Part shown: positions 1-24,480 of the stretch, in pieces
Layout of the letters: each line of letters opens with the position of its first letter
How positions within the stretch are numbered: the stretch's first letter is position 1
Assembly: GCF_009914755.1 (NCBI RefSeq)
Contig: NC_060925.1
DNA length: 64,000 bases
Source of the DNA: the human T2T-CHM13v2.0 reference genome, Homo sapiens
Reading direction: 5' to 3' (one strand)
The notes under the pieces: model-generated
Databases searched by the model: none
Told to the model about the DNA's origin: nothing
Seen by the model: only the letters and a program-made list of their open reading frames with translations
Program-made: the position numbers and the translations under genes

Positions 1-273
<273 letters not shown>

Positions 274-864
274 TTAATTAATTAAACAAATAAATAACAC
301 AAAACAGCAACACATTTACAGAAAGTCATTGTACTATATGCATCATTCTGCAACTTGATATTACCCCCCTCAACATGATTCTGAGATCTTCCTGTTAATA
401 CATGTGAATCTCAGGTGTTGCACTTACAGACATATATTATTCCATCATAAGGATTTCTTCTTTTTGATGTTTCCAATTTTTGGCTACTACAAATCAAACC
501 ATAGTAAATATCCTAGTACATATTTCCTGAGCATACACATTCAAAAGTAGAATTGCTAAGTATTTCTGAAGTTGTTACAAGGAATGTTTCCCTACTCCCA
601 AAGTCATATAATTTTAATACATAGCTTTTTCAATGCCTGCTTTTCATCTCTGTGGATTTTACTTTTGTGTATGGTTCATGGTCTATTTTTCCCTACTTGG
701 AGAACAGATTACCTCCAAACCATTTTTAAAAATCGTCCCATATTTCCTCCTATCCTGATTCACTTCTATCGTATTCCAAATTCAAATAATGCATAGGTCT
801 CTTTCTGAAATCTGTTCTGCTCTGTTCAGTCAACACCACAAGAGTCTTATGTATTTATAGATGA

Positions 865-1348
<484 letters not shown>

Positions 1349-1547
1349 AGACTCAGGCTTTTTATCATATGAATACCCTTCTCTTCAGAAGGACATTGAA
1401 TTTTCTGATGTCCCACAAGTTACATACATAAAGTATCTGTTAAAATTTACCTTATTTGTGGTGCTTTGCTGCAAAATGATTATTTCTGATGCATTATGAG
1501 GTGTACATTCCTGATAAAAGCACTCCCATTTTCAAGGTTTTTATTAA

Positions 1548-1670
1548 TTTTTTTTGTAGAGGCGGAGTCTCCCTGTGTTACCCAGGCTTGTCTCGAACTC
1601 CTGGGCTCAAGTGATCCTCCTGCCTCAGCCTTTAACGGTGTTGGGATTACAGGCGTGAGCCGTCATGTCC
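1548..1670 (-). mobile_element. FLAM
   Basis: Left monomer only. Confidence 0.85.
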
Positions 1671-3247
1671 TGCTGGAGTTTTTAAACGAGTATGACTTTT
1701 CTGGAGTCTGATGTGGTGTGACTTCTGGCTGAAAGCTTCCCACATTCACCATACTGATAAAGCTTCCTACCTGTGTGTATTCTTACATACAGAGCAAGAG
1801 TTGAGAATTGGGAGAAAGCTTCCCCACAGCCATGGAAACCATAGGGCTGCTCACCTGCGGGGCTGCTCACACACACAGTAAGCAATGAACTGAGACAAGG
1901 CTTTTCCACAGTGAGTTCATAGGGTTGATCATCTGAAATCTCACATCTACAATAAGTGGTATTTGCTGACAGAAGATGTTTCCACATTCCTTACACTCAT
2001 AGGATTTCTCTCCAGTATGGTTTCTTATGAGGTACTTCTTCTTCTGGCCAATAGCTGTTCCACATTCACTACATTTAAAGGGTTTCTCTCCAATATGAAA
2101 TTTCTCTTGCTCAGTAAGGTTTGATTTTCCACTAAAGGTTTTTCCACACTCCTTATACACAAAGGGTTTCTCTTCTGTGTGCATTCTCTGGTACTGGATG
2201 AAGTTTGACTTCTGAATGAGAACTTTCCCACAGTCTTTACTCTCAAAAGGTCTCTCTTCAGTGCGAATTTTCTGACTGGTAGGGAGACTTTCCTTCTGGC
2301 AAAAGGATTTTCCACATTTGTTATATTCACAAAGCTTCTCTGTGGTTATGAGCGTTCAGATGGTTAATGACATACTGCTTTTAGTAAAGGCTTTTCCACA
2401 TTCATTACATTCAAAGGGTTTCTCTCTAGTGTGAAAATGCTCATGCTCGGTGAAACTGACACGCGGCTGAAGACTTTCTCACATACCATGCAGGCAGAGG
2501 GGCTTTCCCCACATAAACCCTCTGCTGACTGAGAGGAATATCTAAACAAAAGCTTTCCTGCATTCACGAGGTTTCTCTCCAGTGTATATTTTTTTTTTTT
2601 TGAGCAAGGATTTACTTTTGGCTGAAGATATTTCCACATTTCTTACATTTATAAGGTTTATCTGTGTAAGACCTTTCAAATGCAGAGTAAGGAATAAGGT
2701 GTGAGAGAAAATGTTCTCATATGTAGTACATTCAAAGCTTCCTCTGCAGTATAAATTGAATATTAATTCAATGACGTTTTTGCTGCTTTCACTGGCTTCT
2801 CTCCAGCATGAATTTTCTGCTGCTTTATGAGATTGGTAATCTAGCTAAAGGCTTTTCAGTATTCCTTAGAGGCACAGGGTTTCTCTTCAGTGTGACTTCT
2901 ATGTTCCATGAGATGGCATGTGAGTAAGTTTCCCCACATTTGGTAACTTCATAGTTTCTCTTCATTATGAATGCTCTGGTCTCAGATAGGGTACAAACTT
3001 TTTTACCCCATCAGAAGTAAAATGCCTTTTTAAACTGAAGACATTTTCACACTGATGTATGCTTAAAGGAGGTTAATATCATAAGGAGTAAACTGTGGTG
3101 GAGGGGTTCCAAATTAATTAAATGAATGATTCTTTCCTACACAACATCCCTCGTGATTAAGTCCAAACTGTGTTTCAAACTCAAAACTTCAAAAGTATAT
3201 TTCCTTAAAAGAAATAAGGTCTGAGATCAGAGGAGGGAGCTTTCCAA

Positions 3248-3553
3248 TTTTCTTTTTTTTGTTTTTATTTTTTTTGAGACAGGGTCTTGCTCTGTGGTGG
3301 AGTGCAGCGGCTTGATCTTGGCTCACTGCAGCCTGGACCTCAGGGGCTCAAGCAATCGTCTCACTTCAGTCCCCAGAGTAGCTGGGGCTACTGGCACACT
3401 CCACCACATCTGGCTAATTTTTAAATTTTTTTGTAGAGCTGGAGGTCTCACTATGTTGCCAAGGCTAGTTTTGACCTCCTGGGCTTATGCGCTCCTCTTG
3501 TTTCCGCCTTCTAAAGTGTTGGGATTACAGGCATGAGCCACCATGCCCAGCCT
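3248..3553 (-). mobile_element. AluJ in the ZNF146 retrocopy
   Basis: Diverged dimer. Confidence 0.9.
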
Positions 3554-3873
3554 GCCTCCTAAGTCTTGTTGCCTCTCCATCTGCTAATCATGTTTTCAGG
3601 CTTCTGGATAGATTTCTTTTTGACTTCTTGCTCCACCATCCAGTTTGTCTTCTTGCTTCAGTAGGGGATCATATAACCTACTATTGGGGAAATGACACAG
3701 CACTCCAATGTTAATGCTAGGGCTGAAGTACCATCCTAGAGCTCAAGATGAGCCCTGGGGCCACCCTGCCTTCTCCAGGATGAAGATGACACAGTTTCCA
3801 AGTTTGCACAAGGAAGCAGCCCTATTGGGCAATTCCACTAGTAGCAATAGATTTTAGAGATACTCCTACTTTT

Positions 3874-4181
3874 TTTAAAAAATTAATTAATTATTTTTTG
3901 ATTCTTTTTTAAAATTATACTTTAAGAAGTTCTAGGGTGCATGTGCACAACGTGCAGGTTTGTTACATATGTATACATGTATACATGTGCCATGTTGTAT
4001 ACATATGGCATATGTATACATGTGCCGTGTTGGTGTGCTGCACCCATTAATTCGTCATTTACATTGGGTATATCTCCTAATGCTATCCCTCCCCACTCCC
4101 CACCCCACCACAGGCCTCGGTGTGTGATGTTCCCCATCCTGTGTCCAAGTGTTCTCATTGTTCAATTCCCACCTATGAGTG
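3874..4181 (-). mobile_element. L1PA 3' end, 5'-truncated, inserted in the ZNF146 retrocopy
   Basis: L1PA 3'UTR sequence (ttcaattcccacctatgagtg; gtgcacaacgtgcaggtttgttac); 17-bp TSD gagatactcctactttt at 3857-3873 and 4182-4198. Confidence 0.95.
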
Positions 4182-4273
4182 GAGATACTCCTACTTTTAC
4201 ACCACATGGACCCAGGGGCCATACTGACCCTGCCAATAAAGATCAAAGTGTCTACCCATAATGGCATTTTTTT

Positions 4274-4368
4274 AAAAGCCAGCCAAATTTCGCAGTGGGG
4301 GGTTGTATACCAACTTTAGCAACACTAATGTTGATAAGTTCTGATAACCCACTACCATTGGGCCAGCC
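4274..4368 (-). pseudogene. RNY4: Y RNA (hY4) retropseudogene
   Basis: Reverse complement ggctggcccaatggtagtgggttatcagaacttatcaacattagtgttgctaaagttggtatacaacccccc...ggctttt is full-length hY4 with a few substitutions. Near-perfect TSD ataatgg(c/t)atttttt at ~4258 and ~4372. Confidence 0.95.
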
Positions 4369-5449
4369 ATGATAATGGTATTTTTTGATGTCCATTTCCT
4401 CCCTGTCCCCAGGTCCAGAGACTATTCTACCCTAGCAGGACCCGACACACACTTGGAGTCACGCAAGTGACTTCTGACTTCATTCCGACTCCACTCTAAG
4501 TCTCTGTTGGGTCCTCATCACTTCTGGCTCATCCATCACCAACAAGCCCTGGGCTTTACCAATTTTTAGAACAAACAGTCCCGCCCAAGGCCACCCCTCC
4601 TGGCCCAGGGTTCTATAAGAAAATTTTTCACCAACGTCCCCTGGAGAGTGAGGAGTTTAAAAAATGGTCCATGGTATGAGTCCATGATTTTACCACTGTG
4701 AGAAATAAACATGCAATATATCATTTTAACAGATCCAAGACTGGATTTTGTTTAAATAAAAAGGCCAAATTAATCACCTAAATTATTTAGAATTGCTTAT
4801 GAGTCTTATAGTTTATTACTATTTACACTATTTTAAAGAATCCTAAATGTAAACATGGATATACAATTAAGTTGAATCCTAATTTAAATAACCAATGTTT
4901 TTATAAATTCTGTTCTTGTAAATCTGAGACAAAACTGAAACTTATGTGAATCTGTGCAGCTATTCCATCTGCACTAACTGGGGAACATTTTTATTTGTTT
5001 AGTTTTTAGAGACATGGTCTTGCTATGTCACCTAATATTCTTGGCCTCAAGCTATGTACCGGTCTCTGCCTCTCAAAGTAATGGGATTATAGGCCTGAGC
5101 CACTGGGCCCCGCCCACCTGAATAGTTTTAAGGGGTTATATTTCACTGTCAGATTCTTAAGATTAACAGTGATTGCATCATTCTTTAATGATAATTTGAT
5201 TATGTTATCCAAAATGAACTGACTTAAGGATCTTGGACTCATACAACATTGAAATAATTAGTAATCACTGTTTACCTGGAAGCCTTCAAAGAAATTAAAA
5301 TTCGGGGAAGAGAAGTAAATAAAATTCATAATAGCCATAGACTGTTCAAATGAATTTTAATCTGAATATATATTTTAATAATTTGAGCTTTATTCATAAA
5401 TAAGACTCCATAAAGTTAAAAGCAGGACCAGTTCCTGTTTTAAAAAGGG

Positions 5450-6230
5450 AATATATAAATGCAACATGCCATTTTATTTATAATTGCAAATTAGGTTATT
5501 TTAGATGGATGAGAATTGAGATATCATTAAATCCCATTCCTGCCTCTCAGATCCCACAAAATAATAGAGCACCAAGTCCTCAGATCTAAGCAATCATAGC
5601 AGATTCCAAATGGCCTCTGAATATTGGCGGGAACAGCCCAGTTTCTTCTCTTGCAATAAAGGTGCTTCATTTGGTAAACAAGGGAACACGGCATTCAGAT
5701 TCCTACATGATTATGTCATAGAAGTAACTTCCATGTCTTCATTCGCAGTGTGTATTCTCACCTTTATTTCCCATTCAGTAACACTGCCAGTTTCATCATC
5801 TTTCCTTTCAACTTTATTTACGAGACGATGCTGATTGCAGACAGCATATAACAGAGGCATTTCAAATCAAACAGTAGAGTTACTTGAGATATACTCGATT
5901 TTAGTTTTAAGCTGAATAACTTCCTGGAGAGTTTTAGTTACAATACCACAGTAATGATGATGGTAGAAAAATTTACAATAAACATTTGGCAAAATGTTAG
6001 GTTACAAGGCAGTCATCACCTAAAAACACTTCATCAGGTGGCATACACGAATTGTGAAATATCGTGGATTTAAGCCTGGCATAGAACCAAAACTGGGTGG
6101 GTTGGACTTGAACAGCTGCTCAATCCCCAGCACAGGTCGATATCAAGGAGTGAACCAGAAAGAGTCCTTTTAACCCCAGGAAAGTCTTCATTTGCCGAGA
6201 TTGGAAACTGAATCTTACTCAGAAAACAGT
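5450..6230 (-). pseudogene. OOSP1: Processed pseudogene of OOSP1 (oocyte-secreted protein 1, PLAC1/ZP-N family); ATG at 6191
   Basis: Translates [60 protein letters not shown], frameshift, ILPNVYCKFFYHHHYCGIVTKTLQEVIQLKTKIEYIS..FEMPL. Intronless; stop at 6120-6122; AATAAA (minus) at 5473-5478. Confidence 0.9.
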
Positions 6231-6231
6231 T

Positions 6232-6514
6232 ACGGGCCGTACAGTGACTCACGTCTGTAATCCCAGCACTTTGGGAGGCAGACACAGATGAATCATTTAA
6301 GGTCAGGAGTTTGAGACCAGCCTGGCCAACATGGTGAAACCCTGTCTCTACTAAAAATACAAAAATTAGCTGGGCGTGGTGGCACATACCTGTAATCCCT
6401 GCTACTCCAGAGGCTGAGGCAAGAGAATCGCTTGAACCCAGGAGGCGGAGGTTGCAGTGAGCCCAGATTGGACCACTGCATTCCAGCCCGGGCAACAGAG
6501 CAAGACTCTATCTC

Positions 6515-6546
<32 letters not shown>

Positions 6547-6558
6547 GAAAAAAAAAGA
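6232..6558 (+). mobile_element. AluS
   Basis: TSD agaaaacagtta. Confidence 0.95.
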
Positions 6559-6659
6559 AAACAGTTATGTATTTTTGACTATGTATTTGTTCTTTATGAT
6601 GTTCAAATTAAGATAATAAAGCCAAGTCTTAAAATCATTGCTCCAAAATAGTACCTTTG

Positions 6660-7348
<689 letters not shown>

Positions 7349-7544
7349 TCATTTAAGCATGTTGTTTGGTGTGACTATATAAATGTGTAGATGTACACAC
7401 TTATCTACCAATGCATAATAAAATTATTGAATATAAGGAATGTATAAAAGAGATACTGGTAGCTCAGAGAAAAAGGAATTGGGCTCTGGGTATATGATCT
7501 GTCTTCAAAATTCTGTACAAAAATATTCTTTATTTTTCATCTCT

Positions 7545-8516
<972 letters not shown>

Positions 8517-9104
8517 GGCTTTTATCCCTTCTTCCTGTGCTGTCTCATGAAGCTACTCTCTGAGAGTGTTAACCTTTGGGTTGACTTGCATTACATTTTT
8601 GGATAGTCCAACTTGGGACATCTTTGAAACCATAAGGCATCTTCCATTTGAAGGAATATTTCTAATAATCCTCATGTAACTTTCTGTTGATATGTAATAA
8701 AAATATTCTCACTGATTAATAACATAGGCAAAAGTGTGGCTGTTGCTCATTGTCAAGTCACCTTTGGTCTTATCTCTGTGAACTGACCAGTTCTTTCTCG
8801 CCACTTTTCCTGATACTGCCTCTCTCTATGATCATGGTTTCTCTTGCACCCAGGCTCTTTTTGCCTGTGTCCCACCCAGATGGCCACTTAATAGCATCAA
8901 AGATTTGCTTCCTCATCTTGCTTGGGCATCCAAAGGCAATGTGCCCTCAAAGGCATTCTAGAAACAATTTGCTACAATCCAACTTCTTCTGGAGTTGTTC
9001 AACAGTACACTAAAAACTGCCTTGTCATTTTTACAATGTGGGAAAAACTGGCAAGACAAAGAGAAAAACATTAGGGGTGCCATAAGGTTGTTTCTACCCA
9101 GAAA

Positions 9105-13965
<4,861 letters not shown>

Positions 13966-13974
13966 TGATCTTAT

Positions 13975-14642
<668 letters not shown>

Positions 14643-15471
14643 GCTTGTCATTTCTTATTTGTTTATGCTATATAATTGTTTTCTATAGCTTTGATATTTT
14701 TCAAAGAATTAATTTTTAATTGCTTGATTAGCATACTTTTTATTATGTAGACTTTTCTGTTTTCTGATCAATATTTCCTGTTTTCATATTTAGCAATTTC
14801 ATCCTTCTGTATTTTTTCAATTTGCTTCACCATTCTTTTCTTTTTTGAGTTGTGTGTTTAATCCATTTATTTTAATCCACTTATCAATCATTTATTTTTG
14901 TTTTCTTCTAATAGGTCTTTTAAGCTCATTTGCATTTATTGATACAATGGATTTGTTTAGTCCCTGTTATATTATTTTGTATTATCTTTTCTGAATTTTC
15001 TATTTTTACTATACTCTGTTGTGTTTCCTTTGCTCATTTTCGTTCTTTAAAAAAAAAATCAGAGCAGCTGAACCACCGCAAATGGTACAAATAACAGATT
15101 TATTATAGGTACTAGGCCTTATATAACTTTAGGATTTAGTGAATAAGTCTTTGTAAGACTTGCCTCTGTGACTGATGCTGGTCTGAAGTCAGCAGGGCCA
15201 GCAGTAAGGAAGGGAAGATGGATGTGAAGTTAGGAAATCAGGGACGGGCAAATGGGAACTTCTGAGGACAAACTAGAATGGCATTAAATCTCATGTCTCA
15301 GGTCTCAGTGTTGTAGGTGACCTGCAGGAGAAACTGGTTCTCTTCCCCATTGGTAGCACACACACCTGGCCCAGGATTCAGAGAAGCTGAGAGAGATCGG
15401 ACAGGAGCTGGGGTAGCAGCTGGTCTGGCTGTCCCACTGCAACAAAGTGAGCAGTATATCAGGAACAATGC

Positions 15472-16862
<1,391 letters not shown>

Positions 16863-17199
16863 TTCTCCCACTTTTTAAGTGATATTATTTCCATTTTGAC
16901 AGAGTATATCAGATTTTCATATTAGTTACTATCCTTACCTCCACATTTGTTTTAGCCTCACATTTTCAGCTAAACACAGTCAAGGTTTGCCACAAATATT
17001 TTTGCCAAAGTTTTCCCAATTATCTTTTCTAGCCCATTCCCTCTTAGGTTCATCAAGAAGAGGCAATGGGAACAATATTCTCCAAGTTCTGTCATGTTTA
17101 AAATTGCTCTCCTACAGCCTTGATATTACAAGTTAACTTATCCACAGTGTCTTTCCTATGTTTTCTTGTATTGAACGTTTATGTCAAGAACATAATGTC

Positions 17200-20970
<3,771 letters not shown>

Positions 20971-21302
20971 CTCTTCAGGGTTTTTATAATCTCTTGGAGT
21001 CTAGTAGCAAGCTAGTTCTCAAAGGAAGAGTGTACCGAAGAGGACATGCTTTCCAAATGATGCTCTATCCAATAGAGGAAAGCTGGGCTCCACTGGAAAT
21101 TTCAAATGAATTGTCCTGTAGCCTTAATGTACTTATGTTAATATCAAACCAGAGATTCTCAAACCAAAGGCCCTAAAGCTCTCATAGTTTCATTGTTTTA
21201 ACTAGTCAAATAAGAGATTACTTCAGGCTTCAATGTTTTCCCCCATTTTCTCCTATTGATTAAGAAGAAGAAGAAAAAAGAGGAAAGGAGTATTAGAGAG
21301 CC

Positions 21303-22165
21303 TGTGATACAATAAGAAATACACATCTGGTCTTTGTCCTCAGTTGCTGACACAGAGTTTCCAAAACTTGGAATTTTCTGAGTCATGGGGGTGATAGGGC
21401 ATCTTTTGTTATTCATAAAAAGCCCTTTTCAACCATACTTGAGTTTATGCTGGTAAGGTGACTCTTGGTGGCCCCTGGTAGCTAGGGGGCTGGCGGTCAG
21501 AGGAACCAGTCTTGTGATTAGAAGGTTGGAACTTTCAGCCCCATCCCCAGACCTCTAGGGGGAGGAGCTGAGCTGGAGATTGAGTTAATCACCAGTGGCC
21601 AATGATTTAATCAATTATGCCTTTGTAATGAGGCCTCTGTAAAAATCCCGAAACAATGGGGTTCAGGACCATCTGGGTCAGTGAACGCATCCCTGTGCCA
21701 GGAGGATAGTGCATCTCAAACTCCACGGAGACAGAAGCTCCTGAGCTCAGCACCCTTCCAGACCTCGCCCTACGTGCCTCTTCGTTTGGCTGCTCACTGG
21801 TATCCTTTATAATATCCTTTATAATAAACCAATAAACCAAGTAAAGTGTTTCCCTGAGTTTTGTGGGCCATTTTAGCAAATTATCAAAAGTGAAGAGCGG
21901 GTCGTGGAAACCTCCAATTTATATTTGGTTGGTCAGAAGTACACGTGGTAACCTGGGACTTTCAACTGGTATTTGAAGTGGGAGCTGTGTTGTGGGACTG
22001 AGCCCTTAACAGGTTTGGCCTGCATTAACTCCAGGTAGTTTGTATCAGAATTAAATGGAATTGTTGGACACCTAGTTGGTGTCCAGAGAGTTGGAGAACT
22101 GGTTGTTGGTGGTGTGTGAAAAATCCACACACTGGTGTTTGAAGTGTTGTGAGTAAAAACAGTTC
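21303..22165 (+). mobile_element. MER21-family solo LTR
   Basis: tgtgatacaataagaaatacacatctggtctttgtcc..ggaactttcagccccatcccc..gagtaaaaacagtt. Confidence 0.85.
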
Positions 22166-22347
22166 AGAGAGCCCTTTGGGAAATTTTCCTATAGTGGGCC
22201 CTGGATCCCATAAAACTGCCATATAACTATTTATCCTTCTCATGGGAAGCATATGGGATTAACAGACTATGACAGTGGTCTTTTATTTTTTCATAATATT
22301 TTAACTTTTATCTGGTAAAACACATCCAAGACCAAAGAAAGCAACTT

Positions 22348-23618
22348 TTTTCCCCCCTCAAAACAAGCCAGATGCTTTAATGGCCTGCCTCCGGGGCCCA
22401 CAGGCTCATCACAAATCCTTAAATAAGGCCCAGAGCTTGCCAGCCTCTGGCTCCGCCCAGCACCCCACAGGCAGGTGGCCCACAGCAGGCCTAGCTGGTG
22501 GGTTCTGGCTTAGGGAGTACCAGGATTCCCAGTCCAGATCTTCAGAGACCTTCCAGGACTGAGCTGCCACTCAGCCTGCCTGCACCAGTCCCTGAGTCCC
22601 AGCAGCTGCTTAGCTTCCAGAAAACATGTTTCCAGTCATAATGCCTGGGGTGGGAGAGGCAGTTCAGGGAAGCCACTGAGGACAGGCCTGGGGCGTCCTG
22701 AGGCAGGAGCAGCAGGCCCAGAACAAGGATGCCAGCCCCAGGCTGCATCATTGCACCAATAGCGGGGATTGGGAGTGGGCAGTGCAGGCTCCCTCAGAGA
22801 GCTCCAGGCTCGGGGATTGGGCCAACCCAATTCCAAATGCTTGTGGCAGGGGTGACTCTAGAAAGTGTGAGCCACATCTACCGCACAATGTGCCACTCTC
22901 AGATAGCCAGTCCTAAGACACATGAAGACTTTCTACAGGAAGGCTCTCAGCCTCCGATTCCGGGCCCTGTGCCGGGGAGGAAGCAGAGACCAAACCTTAA
23001 TGGGATGTGTGTCAGGCAGCATCTCCACAACTACCCTGTGAGGTAGGTTGCGTTGTTCTATTGTACAGATGGGGGATGAGGGCTCAGCAGAGGTGAAGAG
23101 TCTTGCCCAGGTCATGCAGCAAGGAACACCAGCCAGGATTCAAGCCCAGGTCTGTCGGGTTCTGAAGCCCACGTGTTTTCTCTAGGGAAGATATAAGAAG
23201 CGGTCCTATCCAATAAAGACCCTCAGGTTAAAAGCTCAGGGGCTCTCAGCCCACCCTGGATGGGCCCCCAGGGTCAAAGCTGAAACCCCTCCAGGGGAGT
23301 AGCCACAGCCCCAGCATCTACTTCTGGCCCCGGGCAGCCAGGCAGGCAGAAGTGGGGCTTAAGAGTGATTGCTACCCACAAAGCACCAGCAGCCAGTGCC
23401 ACAGGTGATGGCTCTGGCTGCCCAGAAGCTGTGGGTGGGGCAAGGGCTGGTCTTGTCCTGAGGCCCTGTGGCCCCAGGTGGGCAGAGCCAGGCCATTGAG
23501 CCAGGCAGTCTCTAGCAGGCTGCAGAAGCGGGACTTCAGTGTGGGGCCAGATGGGTTGACACTGGCAGCAGGGGTAGGTGAGGTACCACAGGACTCTTCC
23601 CCAGCGGCTGCTTTTGTT
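22348..23618 (-). pseudogene. Non-coding retrocopy of an unidentified GC-rich mRNA 3'UTR
   Basis: 15-bp TSD caaagaaagcaactt at 22333-22347 and 23619-23633; ATTAAA (minus) at 22376-22381, ~25 nt before a short A tract; abrupt GC-rich block in AT-rich flanks. Confidence 0.75.
23030..23185 (-). mobile_element. MIR carried inside the 3'UTR retrocopy
   Basis: MIR core: acagatgggg..tgagggctcag..ttgcccaggtca..ggattcaagcccaggtctg. Confidence 0.8.
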
Positions 23619-23729
23619 CAAAGAAAGCAACTTACAGAAAGTAATTTATATTAAAATTTTTATTTGATATAACACTTGACCTTTTTAGCTCAAAGCTTCA
23701 CTTGGGGAGACAGGAATGAGGGAATTAAT

Positions 23730-24022
23730 ACCTTTTTATTATGGAAAATGTCAAACACACACAAAGCAGAGAGAATGGTATAAGAAGTGTCCATGCACCT
23801 ATCACTCCATTTCAACAGTGAGCAACATTCTGTTGCTCTTAGTTATACTCTATCCTCCCCACCACTTTTTGTTCATTTACTAGAGTATTTTAAAGCAATC
23901 AAGGATAAAATATCCTTTTACTTGTAAATTCTTTAGGAAAAATCTCTAACATAGACAAATTGAATAACCATAACACAAACACAATTTTATGACCAGATCC
24001 AGAAAACTTAACAATAATTCCT
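23730..24022 (-). mobile_element. L1MC4-like 3' end, part 1
   Basis: ttattatggaaaatgtcaaacac..aacaataattcct; resumes at 32023. Confidence 0.7.
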
Positions 24023-24480
24023 TATGAACACAAAATATCTGAGACAGGTCTCAGTCAATTTAAGAAGTTTACTTTGCCAAAGTTAAGGATGCACACCTGT
24101 GACCCAGCCTCAGGAGGTCCTGACAACATGCGCCCAAGGTGGTGGGAGCATAGCTTGCTTTTACACATTTTAGGGAGACGTGAGATATCAATCCATATGG
24201 GTAAGTTGTACATTGGTTCAGTCTGGAAAGGCAGGGACAATTCAAAACGGGGAGGGGATTTCCGTTTCCAGGTCATAGGTAGGTGAGAGACAAACTGGTT
24301 GCATTCTTTTGAGTTTCTGTTAGCATTTCCAAAGGAGACAGTCAGATGTGCATTTATCTCAGTGTGCAGAGGGATGACCCTGAATAGAATAGGAGGCAGG
24401 TTTGCCCTAAGCAGTTCCCAGCTTGACCTTTCCCTTTAGCATAGTGATTTGAGGGTCCCAAGATTTATTTTCCCTTCATA
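24023..24480 (-). mobile_element. MER4A 3' LTR
   Basis: Repeat of 31585-32022; adjacent to the polypurine tract. Confidence 0.9.

Larger units (their letters stand above)
1360..4500 (-). pseudogene. ZNF146: Processed pseudogene of ZNF146 (OZF, C2H2 zinc finger); CDS remnant ~1682-2545, upstream 5'UTR-derived part to ~4500-4660, 3'UTR part may extend further left
   Basis: Minus-strand frames give [70 protein letters not shown], matching ZNF146 fingers as I recall them. Many frameshifts and stops, start ATG lost, no introns. Symbol is the parent gene. Confidence 0.88.

Noticed and set aside
1682-2639. Functional zinc-finger gene
   Set aside because: Fingers are split across frames with lost Cys/His residues and stops; it is a pseudogene.
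3760-3825. Second KRAB-B-like stretch (VIFILEK)
   Set aside because: Much weaker than the match at 3605-3700; probably chance.
22380-23630. ORFs in the GC-rich block, including signal-peptide-like MMQPGAGILVLGLLLLP
   Set aside because: Short, on both strands and with no family match; chance ORFs in a UTR-like retrocopy.
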